DNA of 64,000 nucleotides from a virus (Duplodnaviria; Heunggongvirae; Uroviricota; Caudoviricetes): IMG/VR virus record IMGVR_UViG_2684623171_000009; one strand, 5' to 3'. Shown piece by piece: positions 45,894 to 58,911 of this stretch (position 1 is its first letter; each line of letters starts with the position of its first letter). The notes under the pieces were generated by a model. It saw only the letters and a program-made list of their open reading frames with translations, ran no database searches and was not told where the DNA came from. The position numbers and the translations under genes were made by a program.

Positions 45894-46091
45894 ATGCTAA
45901 AACAGCAGGATATGACAGAAACCGCCAGAGTGGTGTTTAATGAATTAAGCGTTACCGAACCGGCGACAGTCGGGGAGATTGCGCAGAATACTTACCTTTC
46001 ACGCGAACGCTGCCAGTTAATACTGACCCAGCTGGTTATGGCGGGTCTGGCAGACTATCAGTGCGGTTGTTACAGACGCATTCAGTCCTGA
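45894..46091 (+). CDS. Hypothetical small protein (65 aa)
   Basis: ORF with AAGGGAAAAAG upstream; possible winged-helix. Confidence 0.3.
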   Translation: MLKQQDMTETARVVFNELSVTEPATVGEIAQNTYLSRERCQLILTQLVMAGLADYQCGCYRRIQS

Positions 46092-46226
46092 AGGCTTTTT
46101 ATTTGTGGTAAATGGGCGGCTGGTGGGGGGGGCGGCACCTGTCAGTCCTTTGCTTATGTGTTGATGATAATTTACCTTTTGGGGCTATAATTGAGCTAAC
46201 CAATTGCTAATGAAAGTAAAATTATA

Positions 46227-46940
46227 ATGGCTGTTGTCTGTTCAGTTATCATGGTTTGCTCCCCAATTAATATTTTTCTTGAAAAGGATACGTTGTCACT
46301 TAAGCCAGGCTCAGTCGTTCTGGCCACCAAATGCATCAGGGAGCTTTTCCTTATGCATTATGGCAAAGTTAAAATTGTCGATATAAGCGAATCCGTCGTA
46401 AGTCAATATCTGGAAAGTCAGCATAAGCTGACGAGGACTCGTCTGACTGACATTCCGCTTTACCTGTTGCTGGAACCCAACAATCCTGCGTTGGCTGCGG
46501 CTTTAATTACCAGCCAGGGATTTTCCGGAGAGGTCACGGATATGTTTCTTATGATGGCCTGCCTGTCTCTGTTTGAAACAGATGAACGGATGTCATTGTT
46601 TTTAAGTGGATGTTTATCCAGCATAAGTGCCAAAGTCAGGGCGATAATTCAGACAGATATATCAGCAAGCTGGACGCTTGGTGCGATTGCTCTACAGTTG
46701 CATATGAGTGAGAGTTTGTTAAAGACAAAACTGAAAAATGAAGGGGGCATGTTCAGTCGCTTGTTGCTGGAAGAGCGGATGCGTGTTGCTGTAAATATGT
46801 TATGTTCCCGGTATGGATATGGACAGGCTGTAGCAGAAAAATGTGGTTATTCAAGCCGGTCCTACTTTATTTCTGTATTTCACCGCTATTATGGCTTCCC
46901 GCCAGACAGATATGTATCCAGGCAAGGGCTTGATTATTGA
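46227..46940 (+). CDS. AraC-family transcriptional regulator (prophage cargo)
   Basis: C-terminal AraC-type HTH (...WTLGAIALQLHMSESLLKTKLK...GYSSRSYFISVFHRYYGFPP); AT-rich upstream region. Confidence 0.75.
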   Translation: MAVVCSVIMVCSPINIFLEKDTLSLKPGSVVLATKCIRELFLMHYGKVKIVDISESVVSQYLESQHKLTRTRLTDIPLYLLLEPNNPALAAALITSQGFSGEVTDMFLMMACLSLFETDERMSLFLSGCLSSISAKVRAIIQTDISASWTLGAIALQLHMSESLLKTKLKNEGGMFSRLLLEERMRVAVNMLCSRYGYGQAVAEKCGYSSRSYFISVFHRYYGFPPDRYVSRQGLDY

Positions 46941-46968
46941 TTTTCATCTGATTATTATTTTTTGGCTC

Positions 46969-47044
46969 GGCCCTTTAGCTCAGTGGTGAGAGCGAGCGAC
47001 TCATAATCGCCAGGTCGCTGGTTCAAATCCAGCAAGGGCCACCA
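46969..47044 (+). tRNA. ileZ: tRNA-Ile2 (anticodon CAU), second copy
   Basis: Same cloverleaf as 14210..14285 with one substitution in the anticodon stem. Confidence 0.85.
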
Positions 47045-47051
47045 TCACAAA

Positions 47052-47131
47052 CCGCCATTAGCTTATCAGGAAGAGCAGACGACACCATAACAGGGTTGTT
47101 GGTGCGGGGCCGCGTCCCCGATGGCGGTCCA
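47052..47131 (+). pseudogene. Degenerate tRNA-like sequence (argN position)
   Basis: Acceptor-stem halves and 3' CCA conserved with 14293..14369, but the D/anticodon region is replaced and the T-loop is non-canonical. Confidence 0.4.
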
Positions 47132-47144
47132 TTATCGGTATTCT

Positions 47145-47221
47145 GCGTTGTTAGCTCAGCCGGACAGAGCAATTGCCTTCTAAGCAATCGGTCAGTGGTT
47201 CGACTCCACTACAACGCGCCA
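47145..47221 (+). tRNA. argO: tRNA-Arg (anticodon UCU), second copy
   Basis: Anticodon loop CUUCUAA; acceptor stem fully paired (GCGTTGT/ACAACGC). Confidence 0.85.
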
Positions 47222-47234
47222 CACTTATTTTCCA

Positions 47235-47258
47235 GGCTCGCTTCGGCGGGCCTTTTTT
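47235..47258 (+). terminator. Intrinsic terminator after the tRNA cluster
   Basis: GGCTCGC-TTCG-GCGGGCC hairpin followed by T6. Confidence 0.5.
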
Positions 47259-47390
47259 GTATCTGCGCCACGCCCGGCGCATACCAACCACAGAGCCTTT
47301 CGGGGGTGAGCTTACGGAGTGGTCAGTGTGACTTTCTCTGTGGGCAGATCGCTCCCGGGCGTTGGCTCACCCACCCAAAGGAACGTCACG

Positions 47391-47822
47391 ATGTTTGGAA
47401 TCTTCAAAAAGAAAACCCGCAGAGCGGCAACGGAAATTAAAAAGTTTGAAAAACGCGATCTGGCACAGGTGGTGATTAACGCCGCATACCTGGTGGCCTG
47501 TGCAGATGGTGAATGTGAGGCATCCGAGAAAGCGAAGATCGAACAGGTACTGCGTAATCAGCCTGCGCTGTCCGCGTTTACGTCAGAAATTAATGCGATT
47601 AGCGCAACCATTATCGGTCAGCTGGATACGAACTTTAAAACTGGTCGTCGTGCGGCGTTACGTGAGATTGAGGATGTGAAACACGATACGCGTGAAGCGG
47701 AAGATGTGCTGGATGTGGCGGTGGCCATTGCGGAGGCAGACGGCGAAATTGAGCCGGAAGAGCGCAAGGTGCTGGAAGAGATTGCCGGTGTTCTGGGTCT
47801 TCGTCTGGAGAATCACCTGTGA
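47391..47822 (+). CDS. TerB-domain protein (intact, 143 aa)
   Basis: RBS AAAGGAACG before ATG; TerB-like repeats as in 14603..15064. Confidence 0.7.
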   Translation: MFGIFKKKTRRAATEIKKFEKRDLAQVVINAAYLVACADGECEASEKAKIEQVLRNQPALSAFTSEINAISATIIGQLDTNFKTGRRAALREIEDVKHDTREAEDVLDVAVAIAEADGEIEPEERKVLEEIAGVLGLRLENHL

Positions 47823-47986
47823 CGGTAAAACTGCGCCTGGCTGTGGCTGCACTCCTGCTGTTTCTGGTGGTGATGGTGGATTTCACCAGCAGAATCATGT
47901 CGGTGCTGGCGGATGGGGTGCTGGTCTGCGGCATTGTGGTATTGCTGTGGCCGGTGATAAAAAGAAACAGCCTGCATAATGCTTGA
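47819..47986 (+). CDS. Small membrane protein (55 aa), GTG start overlapping the TerB stop
   Basis: Paralog of 15061..15228. Confidence 0.45.
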   Translation: MTVKLRLAVAALLLFLVVMVDFTSRIMSVLADGVLVCGIVVLLWPVIKRNSLHNA

Positions 47987-48299
47987 TTTTTTTGTTTGCT
48001 GTTTATTAAAAACACTTCTGCATGGTGAATCCCCCTGTGCGGAGGGGCGATCAGCAACCAGGTATATGGGATAATCGCGGATTCAGGTGCTGATACTGAA
48101 TTCACCGGGAGGCACCCGGCACCATGCTTTGCCACAAAAGTGTTGTTTCTGTTTTTCTCAAACTATCATCGTTATCCCTTTATTTCCGGCTGCGCATGGC
48201 GCGGCTTTTTTTTACGACCAGCCACTGGCAGATGGTCATCCTGTGATTTGATTCCGGTTCCGGCTTTTTAACTCTGTTCCTGTACACGGGAGAAATTCG

Positions 48300-50150
48300 A
48301 TGTCGATTAAACATTATGATGTTGTCAGGGCGGCGTCGCCGTCAGACCTTGCGGAAAAGCTGACACACAAACTGAAAGAGGGCTGGCAGCCGTTTGGTAG
48401 TCCGGTGGCCATAACCCCTTATACCCTGATGCAGGCGATTACAGCAGAAGGTGATGTGGTGGTCAGTGGTGCAACTGAGCCGGATTGGTACTACGTCATC
48501 GTACTGGCCGGGCAGTCCAATGCCATGGCTTACGGTGAAGGGCTTCCGCTGCCGGATTCATACGATGCTCCGGATCCGCGCATTAAACAGCTGGCGCGCC
48601 GCAGTACAGTGACGCCGGGTGGGGCTGCCTGCAGATATAACGATATTATTCCGGCCGACCACTGCCTGCATGATGTGCAGGATATGAGTACGCTGAATCA
48701 TCCGAAGGCAGACCTGAGCAAAGGGCAGTACGGCTGTGTCGGCCAGGGGTTACATATTGCCAAAAAACTGCTCCCGTATATCCCGAATAACGCGGGGATC
48801 CTGCTGGTACCATGCTGTCGTGGTGGTTCGGCATTTACCCAGGGCGCGGAGGGGATATTCAGCGAGTCCACGGGGGCCAGCCAGGATTCGGCGCGCTGGG
48901 GTGTGGGTAAACCGTTATATCAGGACCTGATTGCGCGCACCAAAGCTGCATTACAGAAGAACCCGAAAAATGTGTTGCTGGCGGTGTGCTGGATGCAGGG
49001 AGAGTTTGACATGAGCGCCGCCACCCACGCACAGCAACCTGCGCTGTTTACAGCCATGCTGACACAGTTTCGTGCTGACCTCTCCGTGTTTAACGCGCAG
49101 TGCCATGGTGGCAGTGCTGCAGATGTGCCGTGGATTTGTGGTGACACGACGTATTACTGGAAAAATACATACGCTACCCAGTACGACACCGTGTACGGCG
49201 GGTATAAAAACAGGGAGAGTGAGGGCGTTTATTTTGTGCCCTTCATGACAGACGGTAACGGCGTCAATACCGCCACTAACGCGCCGGCAGAAGATCCGGA
49301 TATTCCGGCATCAGGATATTACGGTGCGGCATCGAGAACGAATGGAAACCAGGTATCATCAAACCGCCCGACACATTTCAGTTCATGGGCGCGCAGGAGC
49401 ATTATTCCGGATCGTCTGGCAACCGCTATTCTGAACGCAGCCGGGCGCACCTCAGCCTTCATCAGTGGTAAGGCACCGGAAATCAAACCCTCGCCCGGCG
49501 GCAACACGCCATCGGGTCCGTCTGCAGATACGTCCGTTCGCACAATCTCCCTGCTGCCGGCAGCCGGAGAGGCTGCTGCGCAGGGCTGGAGCATTAAGGA
49601 TGGCGGAATTCAGTTGTCAGATGGTGTATTTAAGATCACCAGGCAGAGCAATAAAACCTGGTCCCTGACGCATCCGGTGGATGACGCAATTACCCTGCTG
49701 ACACAGGGCGGCAGACTGACCTGTAAGTTCCGCCTGTCAGGCGCACTGACCAACAATCAGTTCGGGCTGGGGATTTATCTGTATACGGACGCTCCCGTTC
49801 CTGATGGTGTGGCGATGACGGGTACCGGTAATCCGTTCCTGATGTCGTACTTCACTCAGACCACTGACGGCAGAGTGAATCTGATGCATCACAGGAAAGC
49901 CGGAAACACGAAGCTGGGGGAGTTCGGCGATTACGGTAACGACTGGCAGACGCTGGAGCTGGTGTTCACCGCCGGCAGTGCCACGGTTACTCCGAAACTG
50001 AATGGAGTGGCTGGCCCGGCATTCCAGGTTATAAAAGACAGTCTGACACTGGGACTGAATGCGCTGACGCTGACGGATGTTACAAAAAATGCAGCGTATG
50101 GCGTTGAGATAGAAAGTCTGATGCTGGAGATAAATGCACCGGCAGCATAA
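48300..50150 (+). CDS. Phage-type sialate O-acetylesterase (NanS-p-like), second copy
   Basis: 616 aa, about 99% identical to 15543..17393. Confidence 0.8.
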   Translation: MSIKHYDVVRAASPSDLAEKLTHKLKEGWQPFGSPVAITPYTLMQAITAEGDVVVSGATEPDWYYVIVLAGQSNAMAYGEGLPLPDSYDAPDPRIKQLARRSTVTPGGAACRYNDIIPADHCLHDVQDMSTLNHPKADLSKGQYGCVGQGLHIAKKLLPYIPNNAGILLVPCCRGGSAFTQGAEGIFSESTGASQDSARWGVGKPLYQDLIARTKAALQKNPKNVLLAVCWMQGEFDMSAATHAQQPALFTAMLTQFRADLSVFNAQCHGGSAADVPWICGDTTYYWKNTYATQYDTVYGGYKNRESEGVYFVPFMTDGNGVNTATNAPAEDPDIPASGYYGAASRTNGNQVSSNRPTHFSSWARRSIIPDRLATAILNAAGRTSAFISGKAPEIKPSPGGNTPSGPSADTSVRTISLLPAAGEAAAQGWSIKDGGIQLSDGVFKITRQSNKTWSLTHPVDDAITLLTQGGRLTCKFRLSGALTNNQFGLGIYLYTDAPVPDGVAMTGTGNPFLMSYFTQTTDGRVNLMHHRKAGNTKLGEFGDYGNDWQTLELVFTAGSATVTPKLNGVAGPAFQVIKDSLTLGLNALTLTDVTKNAAYGVEIESLMLEINAPAA

Positions 50151-50517
50151 TAAAAAAAGCCAGCGACTGACCTGAAAAAGAAGACGCTGGCTAAAAGGCC
50201 TTATATGTTTGTAGAGACTTATTTTTCACAGACAGCAATGATGCCTGTCAATATATTATCAATATGCGGATTGTTTCAGTTACAGATGCTTTATTAAGGA
50301 AAAAAACAGCCAGCACTGACTTTCGGTGGAGAGGTGCTGGCTCAGAAGGATAGTTGGATTTCACATGATACTTATGCCTGGCGGTATATTTTCTGACAGA
50401 CAGTGACGGGTGTTGTCAAGATATTGTGTCATTTATAACCTGAATCAGGGGGTGGCCGGAATGTTATCTGGCATTTTTAGCAGAGCCTGAATGCCATAAT
50501 CACGGCTCCCGGCGTTG

Positions 50518-50554
50518 GCCGTCAGTGGGTGACACTGGCGGCTTTTTTGTTTTT
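50518..50554 (+). terminator. Intrinsic terminator upstream of the holin gene
   Basis: Paralog of 17761..17797; coordinates by offset. Confidence 0.45.
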
Positions 50555-50598
50555 CTTTACTTTCATTTTCTGTCGGCGGTGACGGAGACATACATCAG

Positions 50599-50805
50599 AT
50601 GGAAAAAATCACAACAGGTGTGTCATACACCACGTCAGCGGTGGGGACGGGATACTGGTTACTGCAGCTGCTGGACAAAGTCTCTCCGTCCCAGTGGGTG
50701 GCGATAGGCGTGCTGGGGAGTCTGCTGTTTGGGCTGCTGACATATCTGACGAACCTGTATTTCAAGATTAAAGAAGACCGGCGTAAGGCGGCGCGGGGAG
50801 AGTAA
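50599..50805 (+). CDS. Holin, second copy
   Basis: Identical protein to 17842..18048. Confidence 0.8.
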   Translation: MEKITTGVSYTTSAVGTGYWLLQLLDKVSPSQWVAIGVLGSLLFGLLTYLTNLYFKIKEDRRKAARGE

Positions 50806-50806
50806 A

Positions 50807-51154
50807 GTGATGAAGAAAAAATACGAACTGGTTGTTAAAGGGATAAATAATTACCCGGATAAGATTACTGTTACTGTGGCACCGGAAATTGGTGGGTATC
50901 CGTCACTGTTGTTGCCAGATGTGGCGATTAGTCTTGACCGTACTGAAGGTGCCACGCTGGAGTTTTACGAAGCTGAGGCGAAAAAGCAGGCGAAGCAGTT
51001 TTTCATGGATGTTGCTGCCGGGTTATGTGAAGGGGATGGTCCGTTACCGGAAAAGCGTCCCGTAATTTTAGAGGCGCAGGATGTGTTGATAACCTACAGA
51101 GGAAAACTACCGGGAATAATTACGGGTTCTCTGAAGACTCCACCGCTGGCCTGA
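50807..51154 (+). CDS. Lysis-cassette hypothetical protein (intact, 115 aa)
   Basis: Uninterrupted version of the IS-disrupted gene at 18050. Confidence 0.5.
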   Translation: MMKKKYELVVKGINNYPDKITVTVAPEIGGYPSLLLPDVAISLDRTEGATLEFYEAEAKKQAKQFFMDVAAGLCEGDGPLPEKRPVILEAQDVLITYRGKLPGIITGSLKTPPLA

Positions 51155-51204
51155 AGACTTAACATATCCAGGGATTTGAAATCGATAAACCCTGATAAAT
51201 ATCC

Positions 51205-51738
51205 ATGAACGCAAAAATCAGATACGGCCTGTCGGCTGCCGTTCTGGCGCTGATTGGTGCAGGGGCGTCTGCGCCTGAAATCCTCGACCAGTTTCTGGAT
51301 GAAAAGGAAGGTAACCACACCACAGCATACCGTGATGGTGCGGGTATCTGGACCATCTGCCGTGGAGCCACCCGGGGGGATGGTAAGCCTGTTATTCCTG
51401 GCATGAAGCTGTCGAAGGAAAAATGCGACCGGGTTAACGCCATTGAGCGTGATAAGGCGCTGGCATGGGTGGAGAAAAACATCAGAGTGCCGCTGACCGA
51501 ACCCCAGAAAGCGGGGATCGCGTCATTCTGTCCGTACAACATTGGCCCCGGTAAGTGTTTCCCGTCGACGTTTTACAGACGGATTAATGCAGGAGATCGA
51601 AAAGGTGCCTGCGAAGCGATTCGCTGGTGGATTAAGGACGGTGGCAGGGACTGCCGTATTCGCTCAAATAACTGTTACGGTCAGGTATCCCGTCGTGACC
51701 AGGAGAGCGCGCTGGCGTGCTGGGGAATCGACAGATAA
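51205..51738 (+). CDS. Endolysin (lysozyme, SAR type), second copy
   Basis: Identical protein to 20898..21431. Confidence 0.8.
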   Translation: MNAKIRYGLSAAVLALIGAGASAPEILDQFLDEKEGNHTTAYRDGAGIWTICRGATRGDGKPVIPGMKLSKEKCDRVNAIERDKALAWVEKNIRVPLTEPQKAGIASFCPYNIGPGKCFPSTFYRRINAGDRKGACEAIRWWIKDGGRDCRIRSNNCYGQVSRRDQESALACWGIDR

Positions 51739-52008
51739 GCAGAATATTTTGCTGAAAAATGAGGTTTGCTTACATGGACGGATAACACGAAATCCTGCAA
51801 ATTGGCAAAATGTAAGTGAATAAAGTCAAAACAGTTGTTTAACACTCAGGCACCGTAATGATGCCTTTGTCATTTCTGCGCATCTCACGCGCATCTCACA
51901 ACACAGAACCTTTCAGGATGACCCTTGAGGATACCGGTTTGGCTGTCGGTGCCTTTCTGTGGGCTGGATTCCTGTGAGACAAGGTTCATCACTAAAAGGA
52001 AATAACCG

Positions 52009-52578
52009 ATGAATATGATGGCCGTGCCGTTTCACGGCAACTCTCTTTATGTAGTTAACCATAATGGCGAACCATACGTTCCCATGAAACCTGTCGTTGC
52101 GGGGATGGGGCTGGCCTGGCAATCACAGTTGGCTAAGTTAAGACAGCGTTTTGCGTCAACTATAACGGAAATCGTTATGGTTGCTGAGGATGGGAAACAA
52201 CGCAATATGGTGTCCATGCCACTTCGAAAACTTGCCGGCTGGCTACAAACCATTAATCCCAACAAAGTAAAACCCGAAATCCGCGATAAGGTCATCCGGT
52301 ATCAGGAAGAGTGCGACGATGTTCTTTACGAGTACTGGACGAAGGGTTTTGTCGTTAATCCCCGTAAAATGAGCGTGATGGAAGAACTCAACCAGGCTTG
52401 TGCTGACATGAAACGGGATAAAAACATTGCCAGTGTGTTTGCTACCGGGCTGAATGAGTGGAAACAGGTTAAAGCCGCGCATGTATCAAAAATCCGTACG
52501 CTGGTAAATGAAGCGAATATGCTGATTGATTTTGTCCTGGCTGATACAGGCAAAGGGAAAATAACAAAGGCGGATTGA
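52009..52578 (+). CDS. Putative antirepressor-like protein, second copy
   Basis: Identical protein to 21702..22271. Confidence 0.4.
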   Translation: MNMMAVPFHGNSLYVVNHNGEPYVPMKPVVAGMGLAWQSQLAKLRQRFASTITEIVMVAEDGKQRNMVSMPLRKLAGWLQTINPNKVKPEIRDKVIRYQEECDDVLYEYWTKGFVVNPRKMSVMEELNQACADMKRDKNIASVFATGLNEWKQVKAAHVSKIRTLVNEANMLIDFVLADTGKGKITKAD

Positions 52579-52720
52579 TGGGGTGGCTAATGATATCAGA
52601 TAAACTCATAACGCTGGTGAAGAGCCTCTGTGTACTTGTCGGCATTTCATTTTCACTAATGCTGGTTGCTCTTTTTCTTTCCATGGCCTGGATGGCGTTG
52701 ACTTCGGCAGGGCTGGTGGG

Positions 52721-53194
52721 GTGAGCATAAACCGAATGCTTTCCGCGTTTACCGTTATTCTGCTGGTGGTCTGTGGTGCGCTTAGTCTGGGGCTGAATCA
52801 TTACCGCGATAACGCCATAACCTACAAAGAGCAGCGCGATAAAAAAGTCAGTGAGCTGGAGCTGGCAAATGCAACCATTACTGATATGCAGCAGCGCCAG
52901 CGTGATGTTGCTGCACTTGATGCCAGATACTCGAGGGAATTAGCTGATGCGAGAGCTGAAAATGAAACTCTGCGTGCTGATGTTGCCGCTGGTCGTAAGC
53001 GCCTGCGCATCAACGCCAACTGTCCAGGCTCCTTGCGTAAAGCCCCCATCACCTCCGGCGTGGATAATGCAACCGGTCCCCGACTGGCAGAAGCCGCTGA
53101 ACGGGATTATTTCATCCTCAGAGAACGGCTGATGGCAATGCAGAAGCAACTGGAAGGAGCACAGGAATATATCCGTACCCAGTGTATACCGTGA
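52721..53194 (+). CDS. Spanin Rz, second copy (diverged N- and C-termini)
   Basis: GTG start; ...LNHYRDNAITYK...; ends TQCIP. Confidence 0.8.
   Translation: MSINRMLSAFTVILLVVCGALSLGLNHYRDNAITYKEQRDKKVSELELANATITDMQQRQRDVAALDARYSRELADARAENETLRADVAAGRKRLRINANCPGSLRKAPITSGVDNATGPRLAEAAERDYFILRERLMAMQKQLEGAQEYIRTQCIP
52947..53132 (+). CDS. Spanin lipoprotein Rz1, second copy
   Basis: Lipobox [31 protein letters not shown]. Confidence 0.75.
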   Translation: MRELKMKLCVLMLPLVVSACASTPTVQAPCVKPPSPPAWIMQPVPDWQKPLNGIISSSENG

Positions 53195-53657
53195 TGTTTT
53201 GTTACGAAGGTGTTACTGGTAACGTTAAGGTAATTTAACAAAGAGTCAGTTCCGGACTTTATAGTGTGCTCAGTTCATGGCCAAAAACGATTTCTGTGAT
53301 AAATATTTTGAATATTATTTACAGGTAAATGGAGTGGGGCACATGGATAGAAATATTACAATAGAGTATGAAGTATATGCCCGTATTGTATGGGCAGAGA
53401 AGGCAAAAACATGGTAATTCCGTGTGTTGCCATGATACCTGATTGGCAGAATTGTTGTTTGGTTTTGAGTATATAGTCAGCGTCTTTTGTTCGGTAATTG
53501 CTCTTTCAATTAAAATGCCAGATATGATTTGCTTTTCTTTGTTGTTTAGTTTTTTTGTATATTATTTTTATTGTTTTTATATAATTAGTTTTTTATTGTT
53601 GTCTTATTAAGGACGGTAAATTCAGGATGGCAGTCTGTAGATAAACGGAGGTTACTT

Positions 53658-53972
53658 ATGCTACATGATCACCTGGCAGAATGTCTGGAGAAAAAAGGAC
53701 TGTACCGGAGAGCAGCTGAACGATGGGCAAAAGTGATGGTACAGCTAAGTGATGACCAGAAAAGAAAAGTGGCGGCACAGAAACGAGCAGAGTGTTTGCG
53801 TAAGGCGCGCCGGACTCCGGTTTCACCGGTGAACCTGACCGAAATAAAACAAGCGGTCAACAGACTACATTCTGAGTTGGGAATGGGATTTGAAGAGCGG
53901 CGGGTATTCCGACGATATAAAGGGACAGGAGAACAGAATACGTCCGGAAACGCGCGGTCAAAAAAATGCTAA
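53658..53972 (+). CDS. PerC-like (Pch-type) small transcriptional activator
   Basis: 104-aa basic protein (MLHDHLAECLEKKGLYRRAAERWAKVM...) recalled as PerC-family-like; AT-rich upstream. Confidence 0.35.
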   Translation: MLHDHLAECLEKKGLYRRAAERWAKVMVQLSDDQKRKVAAQKRAECLRKARRTPVSPVNLTEIKQAVNRLHSELGMGFEERRVFRRYKGTGEQNTSGNARSKKC

Positions 53973-54053
53973 AAAATATCTGAGAGCGTTATTGCCTGTT
54001 ACCATAAGAAAAAGCGACTTTAGTGGTCGCTTTTTGTGTCATATATAAGTCGT

Positions 54054-54278
54054 TTAAGTAAACCTGTCTGAACAGGTTCTCTGGTCGTGTTTGTCTTTGT
54101 TGGGTACAAATTGAGAATATTTTTCATTAATTAATCTTCTTCTGCAGGCTTCAATAACCCACGCTGAAAAATTTCCTGAACCTTTCAGATCAAGAGCGAT
54201 GTTAATTTGTTCAATCATCTGGTTTGGAAATCGGATGTTGCGGGTTGTTGTTCTGCGGGTTCTGTTCTTTGATGACAT
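54054..54278 (-). CDS. Small basic protein (YlcI-like), second copy
   Basis: Paralog of 23255..23482. Confidence 0.35.
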   Translation of the reverse strand: MSSKNRTRRTTTRNIRFPNQMIEQINIALDLKGSGNFSAWVIEACRRRLINEKYSQFVPNKDKHDQRTCSDRFT

Positions 54279-54477
54279 AATGTTGCCCCATATTCAGTGT
54301 TGCTGATTTGTATTATCTGAAGTTGCTTTTACGTTAATTTGATGCAGATCAATTAATACGATACCTGCGTCATAATTGATTATTTGACGTGGTTTGATGG
54401 CGTAGATGCACGTTGTGACATGTAGATGATAATTATTATCATTTTGCGGGTCCTTTCCGGCGATCCGACCGGTTACG

Positions 54478-54489
54478 GGGCGGCGACCT
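54478..54489 (+). other. cos: Lambda-type cosN cohesive-end sequence GGGCGGCGACCT
   Basis: ...GGTTACG|GGGCGGCGACCTCGCGGGTTTTCGCTATTTATGAAAATTTTCCGG matches the joined lambda ends; about 175 bp upstream of Nu1. Confidence 0.8.
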
Positions 54490-54664
54490 CGCGGGTTTTC
54501 GCTATTTATGAAAATTTTCCGGGGAAAATCATGTCGGTACTTCTCGAACATAACTATTTGTTTTTTCTAATATCGAATCCGTAAAGGTCCGACATGAAAA
54601 CGCCTGAAAAAGTCATTTTCGGGCACTTTCATGTCGGACCCTGTATTTGTTGTGAGACTGTTTC

Positions 54665-55184
54665 ATGAAGGTTAATAAAAAGAAACTTGCCGAAATTTTC
54701 AACGTGGATCCGCGAACGATTGAACGCTGGCAGTCTCAGGGGCTCCCTTGCGTCTCCGGAGGTGGTAAGGGCGTTGAATCTGTATTTGATACCGCCACGG
54801 CAATTCAGTGGTATGCGCAGAGGGAAGCTGATATCGAAAATGAAAAACTCCGTAAAGAGGTTGAGGATTACAGGGCTGCCAGCGAGGCAGATCTCCAGCC
54901 TGGGACTATTGAGTACGAACGCCATCGACTTACGCGTGCGCAGGCTGACGCCCAGGAGCTGAAGAATGCCAGAGACTCCGCAGAAGTGGTGGAAACCGCA
55001 TTCTGTACTTTCGTGCTGTCACGGATCGCAGGTGAAATTGCCAGTATTCTTGACGGGATCCCTCTCTCAGTACAGCGGCGTTTTCCGGAACTGGAAAACC
55101 GACATGTTGATTTCCTGAAACGGGATATCATCAAAGCCATGAACAAAGCAGCCGCGCTGGATGAACTGATACCGGGGTTGCTGA

Positions 55185-55210
<26 letters not shown>
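54665..55210 (+). CDS. nu1: Terminase small subunit Nu1
   Basis: C-terminal 130 aa essentially identical to lambda Nu1; N-terminal HTH diverged. Confidence 0.9.
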
Positions 55211-58891
<3,681 letters not shown>

Positions 58892-58911
<20 letters not shown>

